From NCBI GenBank assembly GCA_965207885.1, contig OZ242311.1:992001-1056000 (forward strand): a stretch of 64,000 nt of DNA, read 5' to 3'. Below are positions 40,727-52,687 of the stretch, piece after piece (position 1 is the stretch's first letter; every line of letters starts with the position of its first letter). Made by a program: the position numbers and the translations under genes. The stretch is from Candidatus Latescibacterota bacterium (GTDB lineage Bacteria; Latescibacterota; UBA2968). Under the pieces are notes generated by a model. It ran no database searches, had not been told where the DNA came from, and was given only the letters and a program-made list of their open reading frames with translations.

Positions 40727-41713
40727 TCAGTTTTCCAGCCAACAACTGACGCGATGGCCCGATTCGATTTCGAGGAGTTGTGGTTCTTCTCGGCACTTAT
40801 CCATTGCATGCGGGCACCGCGGGGCAAAGGCGCAGCCTTGTGGGATTTCAAAAGGATCGGGGATTGTGCCTTCGATGGGTACCAGGCGGCGTTTTTGTCC
40901 CACTTGTGGAATGGAGTTCAGCAGGCCCCTGGTGTAGGGATGGCGCGGATCTTTGAAGACGGTGCGCGTGTCGGAGTATTCGACGATTTTACCCAGGTAC
41001 ATCACCGCGACGTAGTCGGCCATGCTGGCGACGACGCCGAGGTCGTGGGTGATGAGCATGATCGCCATGCCGATGTCGGATTGGAGATGGCGCATCAGGT
41101 CCAGGATTTGGGCTTGGACCGTGACATCGAGGGCTGTCGTGGGTTCGTCGGCGATGAGCAAGCTGGGATTGCACGAGAGGGCCATTGCGATCATGGCGCG
41201 CTGACGCATGCCGCCTGAGAGTTCATGGGGATACGCATCGACCTGACGGTCGGGACGCGGTAGGCGCACTTTGTTGAGGGCATCGATAGCGCGTTCACGA
41301 GCTTCTTTTTTGTCTGCGTTCTGATGTAGCATGATCGCCTCGGCAATTTGGTTGCCCACGGTGTGTACAGGGCTGAGAGAGGTCATAGGCTCCTGAAAGA
41401 TCATGGCGATGTCATTCCCGCGAATGTCGCGCATCTGCGTGCCTTTGGGATTGAGTTGTGTCAGGTCAATGGGATCGCTTTCGGGATCTTTGTGAAAGAG
41501 GATCTGCCCGTGTTCGATTTTGCCCGGGGGACTCGGGATGAGGCGCATGGTTGAAAAGGCGGTGATGCTTTTTCCACAGCCCGATTCGCCGACCAGGCCG
41601 AGGGTTTTTTCGGGCGCTATGGATAGGGATACGCCATCGACCGCGCGCACGACGCCATCGTCGGTGTGGAAATAGGTTTTGAGGTCGCGTATGTCTAAGA
41701 GCGGTTGGGTCAT
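40727..41713 (-). CDS. Oligopeptide/dipeptide-type ABC ATP-binding protein (OppD-like)
   Basis: 'GESGCGKS', 'LSGGMRQR', 'DEPTTALD'. Confidence 0.92.
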   Translation of the reverse strand: MTQPLLDIRDLKTYFHTDDGVVRAVDGVSLSIAPEKTLGLVGESGCGKSITAFSTMRLIPSPPGKIEHGQILFHKDPESDPIDLTQLNPKGTQMRDIRGNDIAMIFQEPMTSLSPVHTVGNQIAEAIMLHQNADKKEARERAIDALNKVRLPRPDRQVDAYPHELSGGMRQRAMIAMALSCNPSLLIADEPTTALDVTVQAQILDLMRHLQSDIGMAIMLITHDLGVVASMADYVAVMYLGKIVEYSDTRTVFKDPRHPYTRGLLNSIPQVGQKRRLVPIEGTIPDPFEIPQGCAFAPRCPHAMDKCREEPQLLEIESGHRVSCWLEN

Positions 41714-41716
41714 ATC

Positions 41717-42859
41717 TTATCTGCTCGAATACGGGTCGGCTGCATCGCGCAGGCCATCGCCGAGGAAGTTGAAGGCGAGGACGGCAATGATGATGCAGAC
41801 CCCCGGGATGAGGAGCCAGGGATAGAGACTGAGCGAGTGAATGTTCATGGCGTCGGATAAGAGCAATCCCCAGGAGGTCATGGGCGGTTTGATGCCCAGG
41901 CCCAGAAAACTCAATGTACTTTCGCCGAGGATGAATCCGGGAATGGCGAGGGTTGCAATGACGATGATGTGGCTGAACATGGATGGGAGCAGGTGCCGAA
42001 AAATGATGCGCCGATCTTTGGCACCGGCCACGCGGGCGGCCAGTACAAAGTCGGATTCGCGGATGGACAGAGTTTTGCCGCGTATTTCACGGGCGAGTCC
42101 GCCCCAGCCCACGAGCGCGAGTACGGTGACAATGCCCATAAAGACCAGATGCGAGGGCCATTCGGGAGGCAATATTGCGCTGAGGGCCATGAGAATGGGG
42201 ATAGATGGAAATGCAAAGATGAGTTCGATGATGCGCTGGATGATGTTATCGATATTGCCGCCGTAATAGCCGGAGATCACACCGAGTGTGGAGCCGAGGG
42301 TGAGGCTGATGAATACGGCGAGCAGGCCAATGGTGAGGGAGATGCGGCCCCCTGCGATAATGCGCGAGAGCATGTCGCGCCCAAAGCGGTCGGTGCCGAG
42401 GAGGAACATGGGATTGTCTTTGCCGGTGCCAAACAGGTGGATGTCGGTGGTAAAGAGGCCGTAGAATGTGTATTGGGCACCTCGCGCAAAGGGGTACACG
42501 GGATAGCGCACAGAGGCGTCTTCGGTATAGGTTTTGATACCGGTTTGCAGGTCAAAAGATTTTTTGATGCCATAGACAAAGGGCCAGTGGATGCCGTCTT
42601 GAGAGAATATGTGGATGCGCTGGGCGGGCAGGTGTACGTAGTTATAGTAGCGATGCGCCGGATCGTGTGGGGCAAGAAATTCGCCCAGAAAGACGCAGAT
42701 GTAGAGAAAGATGACCACGCATCCACCGATGACGCCAGCGCGGTGTTTTTTGAAACGCCGCCAGATGAGCTGGCGCTGTGAATAGGTGGCGGTGGTTGTG
42801 TTTTCTACGACGAGGGTTTCTTCGCGCTCGTCGGGAGGTGTTTCGACGACACTACTCAT
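41717..42859 (-). CDS. ABC permease (OppC-like)
   Basis: 'LGTDRFGRDM', 'LSFLGLG', 'GDGLRDAADP'. Confidence 0.92.
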   Translation of the reverse strand: MSSVVETPPDEREETLVVENTTTATYSQRQLIWRRFKKHRAGVIGGCVVIFLYICVFLGEFLAPHDPAHRYYNYVHLPAQRIHIFSQDGIHWPFVYGIKKSFDLQTGIKTYTEDASVRYPVYPFARGAQYTFYGLFTTDIHLFGTGKDNPMFLLGTDRFGRDMLSRIIAGGRISLTIGLLAVFISLTLGSTLGVISGYYGGNIDNIIQRIIELIFAFPSIPILMALSAILPPEWPSHLVFMGIVTVLALVGWGGLAREIRGKTLSIRESDFVLAARVAGAKDRRIIFRHLLPSMFSHIIVIATLAIPGFILGESTLSFLGLGIKPPMTSWGLLLSDAMNIHSLSLYPWLLIPGVCIIIAVLAFNFLGDGLRDAADPYSSR

Positions 42860-43850
42860 AGCGAATCCTCGGGTCGAGCCATGCCAGGAGAATATCGGCT
42901 AATAAATTGCCGATGAGTAAGAAAGTGGCGGCTAAGAGCAGGAATGCACCTGCCAGATACATGTCTTGAGATGTGAGTGCTGTGAGAAAAATGGGGCCGG
43001 CGGTTGGCAGGCCGAGTACGATGCCGGTGACGACGGCGCCAGAGAGCAGGTTGGGCAGTTCGAGGCCCAGGCGGCTGACGAGGGGGTTGATGGCAATGCG
43101 CACGCCGTATTTGACGATGACTTTGCCTTCTTTGAGGCCCTTGGCGCGGCCGGTTTGGATGTGTTGTTGGCCGAGTATGTCGAGCAGGTTGCCGCGCATG
43201 ATGCGGATGATGCCCGCTGTGCTGCCCGTGCCGATGACGATGATGGGTACCCAGATATGTTTGAGGAGATCGACGAATTTTGCCCATGTCCAGGCAGCGC
43301 CGATGTATTCGGGAGAGAGGAGTCCGCCTACGGATTCGGCTTCGAAGACGGCGACCTGAATGAACATGATGACCAGAGCCAGCAAAAAGTTTGGGGTGGC
43401 CAGGCCGATGAATCCGAGAAAGGTAAAGCCGTAATCGCCTATCGAATACTGCCGGGTGGCAGAGTAGATGCCAATGGGTATGGCGACGATCCAGGTGAAG
43501 ATCAATGTGGAGAGTGTGAGTGTGAGGGTGAGTCCCAGTCGTTCGGCCAGGAGTTCCATCACGTCCATTTCGTAAGTGAAGGATTGCCCGAAGTCGCCTT
43601 TGCTGACGATTTTCCAGATCCAGTGGATGTATTGCACATAGATCGGATCGTTGAGGCCATAGCGTTCGCGCAGGGATTCTATTTGCGCCATTGCGCTTTC
43701 AGATCCGAGTTCGCCCTGTTCGGCCAATTCGGCGAGGCGAGAGGTGAGCATATCGCCCGGCGGTGCTTGTATGACCACAAAGCTGACCATTGAGATCAGG
43801 ATCAGCGTGGGAATCATGTGCAACAGACGACGGATGATGTAGTTGGTCAT
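42852..43850 (-). CDS. ABC permease (OppB-like)
   Basis: 'YIIRRLL', 'GDFGQS', 'RAKGL', 'LDPRIR'. Confidence 0.92.
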   Translation of the reverse strand: MTNYIIRRLLHMIPTLILISMVSFVVIQAPPGDMLTSRLAELAEQGELGSESAMAQIESLRERYGLNDPIYVQYIHWIWKIVSKGDFGQSFTYEMDVMELLAERLGLTLTLTLSTLIFTWIVAIPIGIYSATRQYSIGDYGFTFLGFIGLATPNFLLALVIMFIQVAVFEAESVGGLLSPEYIGAAWTWAKFVDLLKHIWVPIIVIGTGSTAGIIRIMRGNLLDILGQQHIQTGRAKGLKEGKVIVKYGVRIAINPLVSRLGLELPNLLSGAVVTGIVLGLPTAGPIFLTALTSQDMYLAGAFLLLAATFLLIGNLLADILLAWLDPRIRYE

Positions 43851-43853
43851 AGG

Positions 43854-45761
43854 CTATTGCTTTATAAATATCTGTTCGTGAAACACGGGGCGACCCCAGC
43901 CGCGGTGTACGTCGGCAGCGCTGCCCTGCATGGGGACATTGCCGAGTCGCGTGCTGGCGCCCCATATAGAGTAGGCGGATCCGACGACGATAACGGGTAC
44001 GTTGTCGGTGTGGAGGTCGCGCACTTCTGTCATGTGTTCATGTACGGCTATGGGATCTACGGTTGTCAATACTTTTTTAATGCGCATTGTGGCTTCGTGC
44101 AACCACGCGGGACCTTCTTTGGAGGCGTTGCGGTGCCAAAAGGGGACGGTGGGTGCCATAATTGCCCAGTCATTGAGGCGGCCGAGAGGGTCGGCGGGTC
44201 CTTCGAGGCCCCAGTGGTGTATGTCGTATTCGCCGTTGAGGCGGCGGGGCCATACAATGTCGCGCAGGGAAATGTTCAGGTTGGCTTTGATGCCTATGTC
44301 GCGCCAGTGTTCGGATACGAGTTCAGAGACATCGACGCCGACGCCGGGGACGACGTCGATGTTGAGTTCAAAACGCGAGCCGTCTTTGAGTTCCCGCCAA
44401 CCATCGCTGTCTGTGTCGCGGTATCCGGCTTTGTCGAGGAGATCGCGGGATTTGTCGGGGTCGAATTTGGCGTATTTGCGATAGGCGGCTTCTGAATAGT
44501 GCGGATTAGAGGGCGCAAAGGAGTAGCCCGCGGGGTCGAGGAGGCCGTGATAGACGATCTGGTTGATTTCTTCGCGGTTGATCGCGTATGACAGGGCTAT
44601 GCGTACGTCGCGGTTGCGAAAGGCTTCTCGCAGGGCGGGTTTTGGGGTGTCCCAGTTGAGGTAATAGGCTGGACCGCGGTCTGGGCCGGTGATCCGCAAT
44701 TTGAATTTGCCCTTTTTTTCTTCGGTGCGCAGCGTGGGAAACATGTTGATGCGAGAGTAGCGTCCAAACAGGTCGAGTTCGCCGTTGACAAATTTGAGCA
44801 GGATAACCTGGGGGTCCTGGATGACGGTAAATTCGATGCGGTCTGCATAGGGCAGTTGGTTGCCCGCTGTGTCGATTTTCCAATAATAGGGGTTGCGCGC
44901 ATAGACGATGCGCTGACCGCGAATCCATTCGACGGGGACCCAGGCGGATAAGCGCGGCATGCCGGGTTTCATGATGACCATGGCATTGGTGGCTTGTTCT
45001 CGAAATTCTTCATAGGTCGCTTCGGGGTTATAACGAGGGTGCAGGTGTGACAGGTGGTGTTTGGGCTGTGCTATGACATCTGAACACAGGGCGTGTAATA
45101 CGCGACCGAGGGGTTTGGACGATGAGACTTCAAGGGTGTGGTCGTCGATTTTTTTCAGGTCGATGGGTTTGCCATCGACGACCCACACAGAGGGGGGGAC
45201 GGGCTGGTTGTGGGGACGGGCATTGTCGTCAAAGGTCATGTCGTAGTACCAGAACAATATGTCGTCAACTGTAAATGGCACGCCGTCTGACCATTGGATG
45301 CCTTTGCGGATTTTGAAGATGGCGGTTCGGCCTTCGTCGTGAAATTCAAAACTTTCCGCAAGGTTGTGTACGATGCTGTCGGGCATGGGGCGCAAAAATC
45401 CCATGAGGTTTTCGCTCAGTGTTTTATTGACGCCCGCTGTTTGGATGATGTCGCCCGTGAGTGCGCGCCGCAAGACGCCGCCGTATTGTCCGATGGTGTC
45501 CATGGGGACGACGATGAGAGGATTTTCGGGCAGGCGTTCAGATACGGGGGGGAGTTCCCCTTTTTTTACTTTTTCGGCGAGGATGGGGGCCTCATTAAAG
45601 GTGCGGTTGATGAGGATTTCCGGGTCGATTTGTACGGGTGCGCGCGTTTCGCGAATCGCCGCGTTGGATTGTGCGGCTTCACCTGTTTTTGCAAGATGCC
45701 CTGGGTCGGATGCGAGACAACCACAGAAGATTAGGGGGATGAGAAAATAGGTTCGTTTCAT
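43854..45761 (-). CDS. Family-5 ABC substrate-binding lipoprotein
   Basis: Lipobox-like 'IFCGC'; 'LPPVSERLP', 'WSDGVPFT', 'RNPYYWK', 'GNQLPY'. Confidence 0.9.
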   Translation of the reverse strand: MKRTYFLIPLIFCGCLASDPGHLAKTGEAAQSNAAIRETRAPVQIDPEILINRTFNEAPILAEKVKKGELPPVSERLPENPLIVVPMDTIGQYGGVLRRALTGDIIQTAGVNKTLSENLMGFLRPMPDSIVHNLAESFEFHDEGRTAIFKIRKGIQWSDGVPFTVDDILFWYYDMTFDDNARPHNQPVPPSVWVVDGKPIDLKKIDDHTLEVSSSKPLGRVLHALCSDVIAQPKHHLSHLHPRYNPEATYEEFREQATNAMVIMKPGMPRLSAWVPVEWIRGQRIVYARNPYYWKIDTAGNQLPYADRIEFTVIQDPQVILLKFVNGELDLFGRYSRINMFPTLRTEEKKGKFKLRITGPDRGPAYYLNWDTPKPALREAFRNRDVRIALSYAINREEINQIVYHGLLDPAGYSFAPSNPHYSEAAYRKYAKFDPDKSRDLLDKAGYRDTDSDGWRELKDGSRFELNIDVVPGVGVDVSELVSEHWRDIGIKANLNISLRDIVWPRRLNGEYDIHHWGLEGPADPLGRLNDWAIMAPTVPFWHRNASKEGPAWLHEATMRIKKVLTTVDPIAVHEHMTEVRDLHTDNVPVIVVGSAYSIWGASTRLGNVPMQGSAADVHRGWGRPVFHEQIFIKQ

Positions 45762-45852
45762 AGGGGTTCTAAATTAAACAAACTGTTTCTTTTATGCGAG
45801 TTTTTTTTCTATCACCTTGACGGATTGGCTGTTGTGCGAGTATATTGTTTTT

Positions 45853-46773
45853 ATGATTTCTGATGAGATGAGAAGACGCATCGCCGCGCTCAATCGCCGC
45901 GATTTGAAACACGCAGATGAGGTTTCGGAAGCCGAGGGGCAAGTAGAGCCTGAAGTTCGGTCTGCCCGTGGAGAGAGGCGCGCGCCCGATCCCGGCGAGT
46001 TGCGCGTGATGGCTGCTGCGTCCGATGCGCGATTGCATCTCTCGCTGGACGAGGTGGCACAGGGCGAGGAGATTCATACGCCCGCAGGCACATTTTTGCT
46101 GATTGATCAGACTGTTCAAGAGGTTCTGCGCGGTGGTGGGCGCGCGTTTGGCGCGCGATACGAACGCGCGATTGGTGCGTTACATGAGGGCAATGTGCCG
46201 CATGATCCGTATGATACATTTCATTCTTTGATTGATGCACGCGCCGAAGATGTGATTTACGTCGATATTGAGACGACGGGGTTGACGGCTGGTACGCCGC
46301 TGTTTTTGATTGGTGTGTTGGGGCATTTTGATGGCGATTTGCGCGTTGTGCAGTTGCTGGCGCGAGATTATACGGAAGAGGCCGCGTCGTTGTCGCACTT
46401 CGTCACTATGTTGGATGCTTCGAAGGTGATTGTCAGCTTTAATGGCAAGTCGTATGATTTGCCCTATATCCGCGACCGGTGTTTGTTTATGGGTGTGCCG
46501 TTTCGATTGCGACAGGCGCATATCGATATGTTGCATGTGGGGCGTCGTATATGGGGCAGGCAGTTGCCCAATTGCAAGTTGCAGACTCTGGAACAATATA
46601 TTTGCCGTCGCACCCGACAAGGCGATATTCCGGGTGCGGAGATTCCCAATGCGTATCACCGGTTTGTCAAGTCGGGAAATGCCGTGCAAATGCGCGATAT
46701 TTTGCATCACAATGCGCTGGATCTGCTGACGACGACAGAGGTGTTGTTGCGTGTGTTGGAAGGTAAGACGTAA
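45853..46773 (+). CDS. RNase H-like 3'-5' exonuclease (YprB/RNase_H_2 family)
   Basis: 'YVDIETTGL', 'SFNGKSYDLP', 'HNALD'. Confidence 0.85.
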   Translation: MISDEMRRRIAALNRRDLKHADEVSEAEGQVEPEVRSARGERRAPDPGELRVMAAASDARLHLSLDEVAQGEEIHTPAGTFLLIDQTVQEVLRGGGRAFGARYERAIGALHEGNVPHDPYDTFHSLIDARAEDVIYVDIETTGLTAGTPLFLIGVLGHFDGDLRVVQLLARDYTEEAASLSHFVTMLDASKVIVSFNGKSYDLPYIRDRCLFMGVPFRLRQAHIDMLHVGRRIWGRQLPNCKLQTLEQYICRRTRQGDIPGAEIPNAYHRFVKSGNAVQMRDILHHNALDLLTTTEVLLRVLEGKT

Positions 46774-46806
46774 AAGGTAAGAGGACCGCTCTACCCCTCT
46801 CACGTC

Positions 46807-49089
<2,283 letters not shown>

Positions 49090-49180
49090 TCAAGGAGATA
49101 TTTGCAGGAAATTGGGAACGCGAGTGAAGTATGAAGTGTGAAATGTGAAGAGGGAAACAAGCGAGACGTTAAAGGCAACC

Positions 49181-49212
49181 GTCATCGCGGCATGTTTAAA
49201 GCCGCGATCCAG
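49181..49212 (+). repeat. REP-like palindrome copy
   Basis: GTCATCGCGGCATGTTTAAAGCCGCGATCCAG. Confidence 0.88.
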
Positions 49213-49271
49213 AAAGTTTTTAGCTGATTGCTATATCATTTGGGTGTTACCACAAGAGGAGGAGGCGAGAT

Positions 49272-49949
49272 ATGAATATGCGGTGGATCATCGGTTTGTT
49301 TTTTGTCGGGTGTGTTATAGTACAACAGGTCTGGGCGGAGACATCATTGGGGTTGCCGGTTGAGGGTGTTCAGACGATTGTGTTGCGCAATGAGGTGGGT
49401 AAGAATCAGATTCAGTTTGTGAGTTCGGCACCGCTGGAGGAGATACACGGTACAGCGTCGGAGATTTCGGGTGCGTTGATACTGGATCCGGCAAATGTGG
49501 AGGGTTTGACGGGGAAGATTGAGGTGCAGGTTGCGAGTATGGAGACGGGTATCGAGAAGCGCGACGCGCATTTGCATAGCGCGGATTGGTTGGATGAAAA
49601 ACAGTTTCCGGTGATTGGGTTTGAGATTGCGGGGTTGAAGGATGTGTCTGTGGAGGCAGGGGAAGATAGGGCTGTGATTAAGGGATTGGCAATGGGGACG
49701 TTTTCACTGCACGGCGTGGATAAGGAGATGGAGATTCCTTTTGAGGCGACGTATTTGCTGGCGTCAGAGCAGACAAAGAAGCGCGCGCCAGGGGATTTTT
49801 TTGTGGTGAAGGGCGAGTTTCCGATTGCGTTGAAGGATTTTGATATTGCAGGTGCGCGCGGGCTGGTGGGTAACCGGGTTGGGAAGAAGATCGATTTGAA
49901 GACGAATTTTTTTGGTTCGACGATGAGAAGTGAGAAGGATGAAGGGTGA
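49272..49949 (+). CDS. YceI-family protein
   Basis: Signal peptide; 'TGIEKRDAHLHSADWLD..QFP.I.F', 'GTFSLHGV'. Confidence 0.88.
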   Translation: MNMRWIIGLFFVGCVIVQQVWAETSLGLPVEGVQTIVLRNEVGKNQIQFVSSAPLEEIHGTASEISGALILDPANVEGLTGKIEVQVASMETGIEKRDAHLHSADWLDEKQFPVIGFEIAGLKDVSVEAGEDRAVIKGLAMGTFSLHGVDKEMEIPFEATYLLASEQTKKRAPGDFFVVKGEFPIALKDFDIAGARGLVGNRVGKKIDLKTNFFGSTMRSEKDEG

Positions 49950-50013
49950 AGTGAGAGGGCTTCACACGAAGACACGGAGACACAAAGATACAAGAAGTGG
50001 GAAGAGAGAAGTT

Positions 50014-50073
50014 TCATCGCGGCATGATTCCCTGCTCAACACCATGCAGGGACATGCTTGAGCCGCGATCCAG
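50014..50073 (+). repeat. REP-like palindrome with nested inner hairpin
   Basis: TCATCGCGGC...GCCGCGATCCAG interrupted by CCCTGC-TCAACACCAT-GCAGGG-ACATGC. Confidence 0.8.
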
Positions 50074-50082
50074 TGTTTGCGA

Positions 50083-50124
50083 ACTGTGGATGGGAAAACT
50101 TGATATCCCATTCACAGTTTTTTT
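50083..50124 (+). terminator. Intrinsic terminator downstream of yceI
   Basis: Stem ACTGTGGATGGGA/TCCCATTCACAGT followed by a T-run. Confidence 0.7.
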
Positions 50125-50157
50125 ATAAAAATGCACCAATTCTGAAAAAAATGAAAA

Positions 50158-50195
50158 AATAAGAGATATTCGGAAGGAATAAGAGATATGCGGAA
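50158..50195 (+). promoter_or_regulatory. 18-bp direct repeat, candidate regulator-binding site
   Basis: AATAAGAGATATTCGGAA (50158-50175) and AATAAGAGATATGCGGAA (50178-50195); 20-bp period. Confidence 0.4.
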
Positions 50196-50613
50196 TCTTT
50201 TTGGGTTGAACTTATAGACGCGATGGTGTTATCATAAAAAAGCCGCTGACAAGACCAGGACAAGTCAAGTGTCAGCGGCAGCAAATATCTCAAGCTGATA
50301 ACTTGAGAAGGTTAAACAAAGGTAGCGACCTGAAGCGCGATTGTCAATGTGAATATAATGTTCAATACAAAAAGAGAAAATTGAACGATGTGTTCACTTC
50401 TCAATTCGATAGTCAGCTTGAACTTTATTCTACAATACTCTCTATATGGAATAAAAGTAACGCCTTAAAAAAATTATTATTTGAACAATTCATATTGGCA
50501 TACATGTTGCATGTATCTGTTTAAGCAGTAAAAAATCTGTTTTGAATCGTGTGGAAAGTCAGGCTCTAAGCCTCAAATATTTTAGACAGCGTTTTATCGC
50601 CCCGGAGAAAAAT

Positions 50614-51405
50614 ATGAACAAACAGAAAATTCTGATTATAGATCACGACCCCGGCATTCTATCGACCCTTGTCGGATTTCTGAGCGATGAACCTTATGAC
50701 GTTTGCACGGCGAGCAATGGGAAAGAAGGGCTTGAAATTTTGAGACGAGAGAAGATCGATCTCGCCATCGCTGAAATGTATATGGGAGGTCTTGATGGGG
50801 TCGCGCTTTTAAAGCGCGTTGCAATAGAGAAAATTCAGACAAACGTCCTGATCATGGAAAATGTTGTGCCTCTGGAAGTAGCCGAAAAAATACTCAAGGC
50901 CGGTACTGCAGGCGTATTGGACAAACCGACCAATAAGGACAGATTTTTGGCACAGATCAAAAACTGTATCCTACTAAATGAAGTGGAATACACTGGGGCG
51001 CGGGTCTATGAAGCACCTCGTTCACTGTCCAGACCCTCCTTCGCCCGAGTGCCTGCTTCGCAAGAGGCATTGGAATCATTTTTGGAGGAGCGTTACAGAG
51101 ATCCAGACCTGAAATTTGAAGACCTTACGCGCTATTTTGGTATCTCGCTGTCGCGTGGTCACGAGCTGTTTAGAAAACATTTTGACAGGACCTTCCGTGA
51201 AAAACTGAGGGAGGTCAGAATAGCACAGGCAGAGCATTTTTTAACACACTCATCACTGTTGATATATGAAATTGCACGCCTATGTGGGTTTCGCGGATCA
51301 AATCGTTTCTCTGAGGATTTCAAGAGGATACATGGCTTTTCTCCTACCCAGTATCGTAAAAAGTTTATGCGCGGAGAAATTCAGTCGTTTTCGGAAGATG
51401 TCTGA
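50614..51405 (+). CDS. Receiver(-like) domain + AraC HTH transcriptional regulator
   Basis: 'ILIIDHD', 'IDLAIAEMYM', 'DKP'; C-terminal 'IYEIARLCGF..FSEDFKRIHGFSPTQYR'. Confidence 0.88.
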   Translation: MNKQKILIIDHDPGILSTLVGFLSDEPYDVCTASNGKEGLEILRREKIDLAIAEMYMGGLDGVALLKRVAIEKIQTNVLIMENVVPLEVAEKILKAGTAGVLDKPTNKDRFLAQIKNCILLNEVEYTGARVYEAPRSLSRPSFARVPASQEALESFLEERYRDPDLKFEDLTRYFGISLSRGHELFRKHFDRTFREKLREVRIAQAEHFLTHSSLLIYEIARLCGFRGSNRFSEDFKRIHGFSPTQYRKKFMRGEIQSFSEDV

Positions 51406-51477
51406 GTTCAATGTTCATTTGATCGGTCTAAATCTATCGGTGTTAGCCGTTATCGCAACCTGTCTTATGTCTCCAGT

Positions 51478-52656
51478 ATGGCTTTAGCCACCAGACAGCC
51501 TGAATCTGATCATGAGATCAAGCTAAAGGGCTTCGAATTTATAAGATTCTTCATTCTGTCTATTATCGCATTGAGTATTCTGCTTATTGCAGGGGTTGTG
51601 ATTTTAGGCTGGGATGTCGAAATGGAAATTAGTGTTGAGGCGTCGGGGCACGTTGAACCCGTTGAGAAAAAATTTGTCAAATCAGAGACCGTGGGGACGA
51701 TAGAGAAGGTGCTTATTCACGCGGGTCAGCAGGTCGCAAAAGGGGATACGCTTTTTGTTCTCGGTGCTTCAGAGTGGAGAAAAGAGGCCGCGAAAATAGA
51801 AAAAGAGATTGCAATTAATCAACGACAGAGAGAGGAACTCAGAGAGACATTATTTTTTGATCGGCAAAGGATAGAATCAAGTCTTGACCAGGCGCGGCTC
51901 GAACACGAAGCAAGCGGTCTTAGGCTTGAACAGATTTTACAGGAGCAACAATTGTATCAAAAATATCTGAAAGAGAGAAAGGAACGGACACGACCTCTTG
52001 AGACGCTTTTACCTGTAAAACTTCAGGAGAACAATCTCAACCGTGTTCAGCAACGCATGACCTATCTGAAAATTGAGCGTGATGCTCTGGCTGTTAGAGA
52101 GAAAGAAATCCAAACTTTGAAACTGGTGGGGGATAAGCTCATGCAAGAACGCGATTGGATTCAGGAACAGATACGGAAAACCACCATCACTTCCCCAATC
52201 GCAGGTATTATTCTGACATCAGATATTGAGACGATTGAGGGCGATAGGGTTTCGGTTGGTAGTCCGGTATTGGAATTGGCGCAGTTAAATGAATGGCAGG
52301 CGAGGGTTTTTGTGCAAGAGGTGGATATTTCAAAAATTGAAATGGGTCAAGATGTCAAATTGTACATCCATGCGTTTCCGCATATGAGTTACAAAATTTT
52401 TAGTGGTAGGGTGAGTGAATTGCCCAGCCGGAATCAAGTCGTGCCTCCCAATGCAACGGCTCTGACATTATACCCGGTGAAGATATTGATCGATGAACCT
52501 TTTGTTCGCAGTGGTGATCAGGTCTATCCGGTGGCGTATGGCATGCGGTTAGATGCGAAGATCATTATTGAAAGAAATTTTTTATGGGAAATTGCGTGGA
52601 AAAAGATAAAAGAGGCTTTTAGTATCGTTGACAAGAAAAATCCGTTGGTTTTTTAA
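51478..52656 (+). CDS. HlyD-family membrane fusion protein
   Basis: N-terminal TM, 'V.ASGHV', lipoyl halves 'GQQVAKGDTL' and 'ITSPIAG', coiled-coil core. Confidence 0.88.
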   Translation: MALATRQPESDHEIKLKGFEFIRFFILSIIALSILLIAGVVILGWDVEMEISVEASGHVEPVEKKFVKSETVGTIEKVLIHAGQQVAKGDTLFVLGASEWRKEAAKIEKEIAINQRQREELRETLFFDRQRIESSLDQARLEHEASGLRLEQILQEQQLYQKYLKERKERTRPLETLLPVKLQENNLNRVQQRMTYLKIERDALAVREKEIQTLKLVGDKLMQERDWIQEQIRKTTITSPIAGIILTSDIETIEGDRVSVGSPVLELAQLNEWQARVFVQEVDISKIEMGQDVKLYIHAFPHMSYKIFSGRVSELPSRNQVVPPNATALTLYPVKILIDEPFVRSGDQVYPVAYGMRLDAKIIIERNFLWEIAWKKIKEAFSIVDKKNPLVF

Positions 52657-52687
52657 TTGATGACAGGCAAACCGGAGATCGGGAATC

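Noticed and set aside
50303-50524. 73-aa ORF upstream of the regulator as a second precursor
   Set aside because: TTG start, no SD, no leader resemblance; lies in an AT-rich regulatory region
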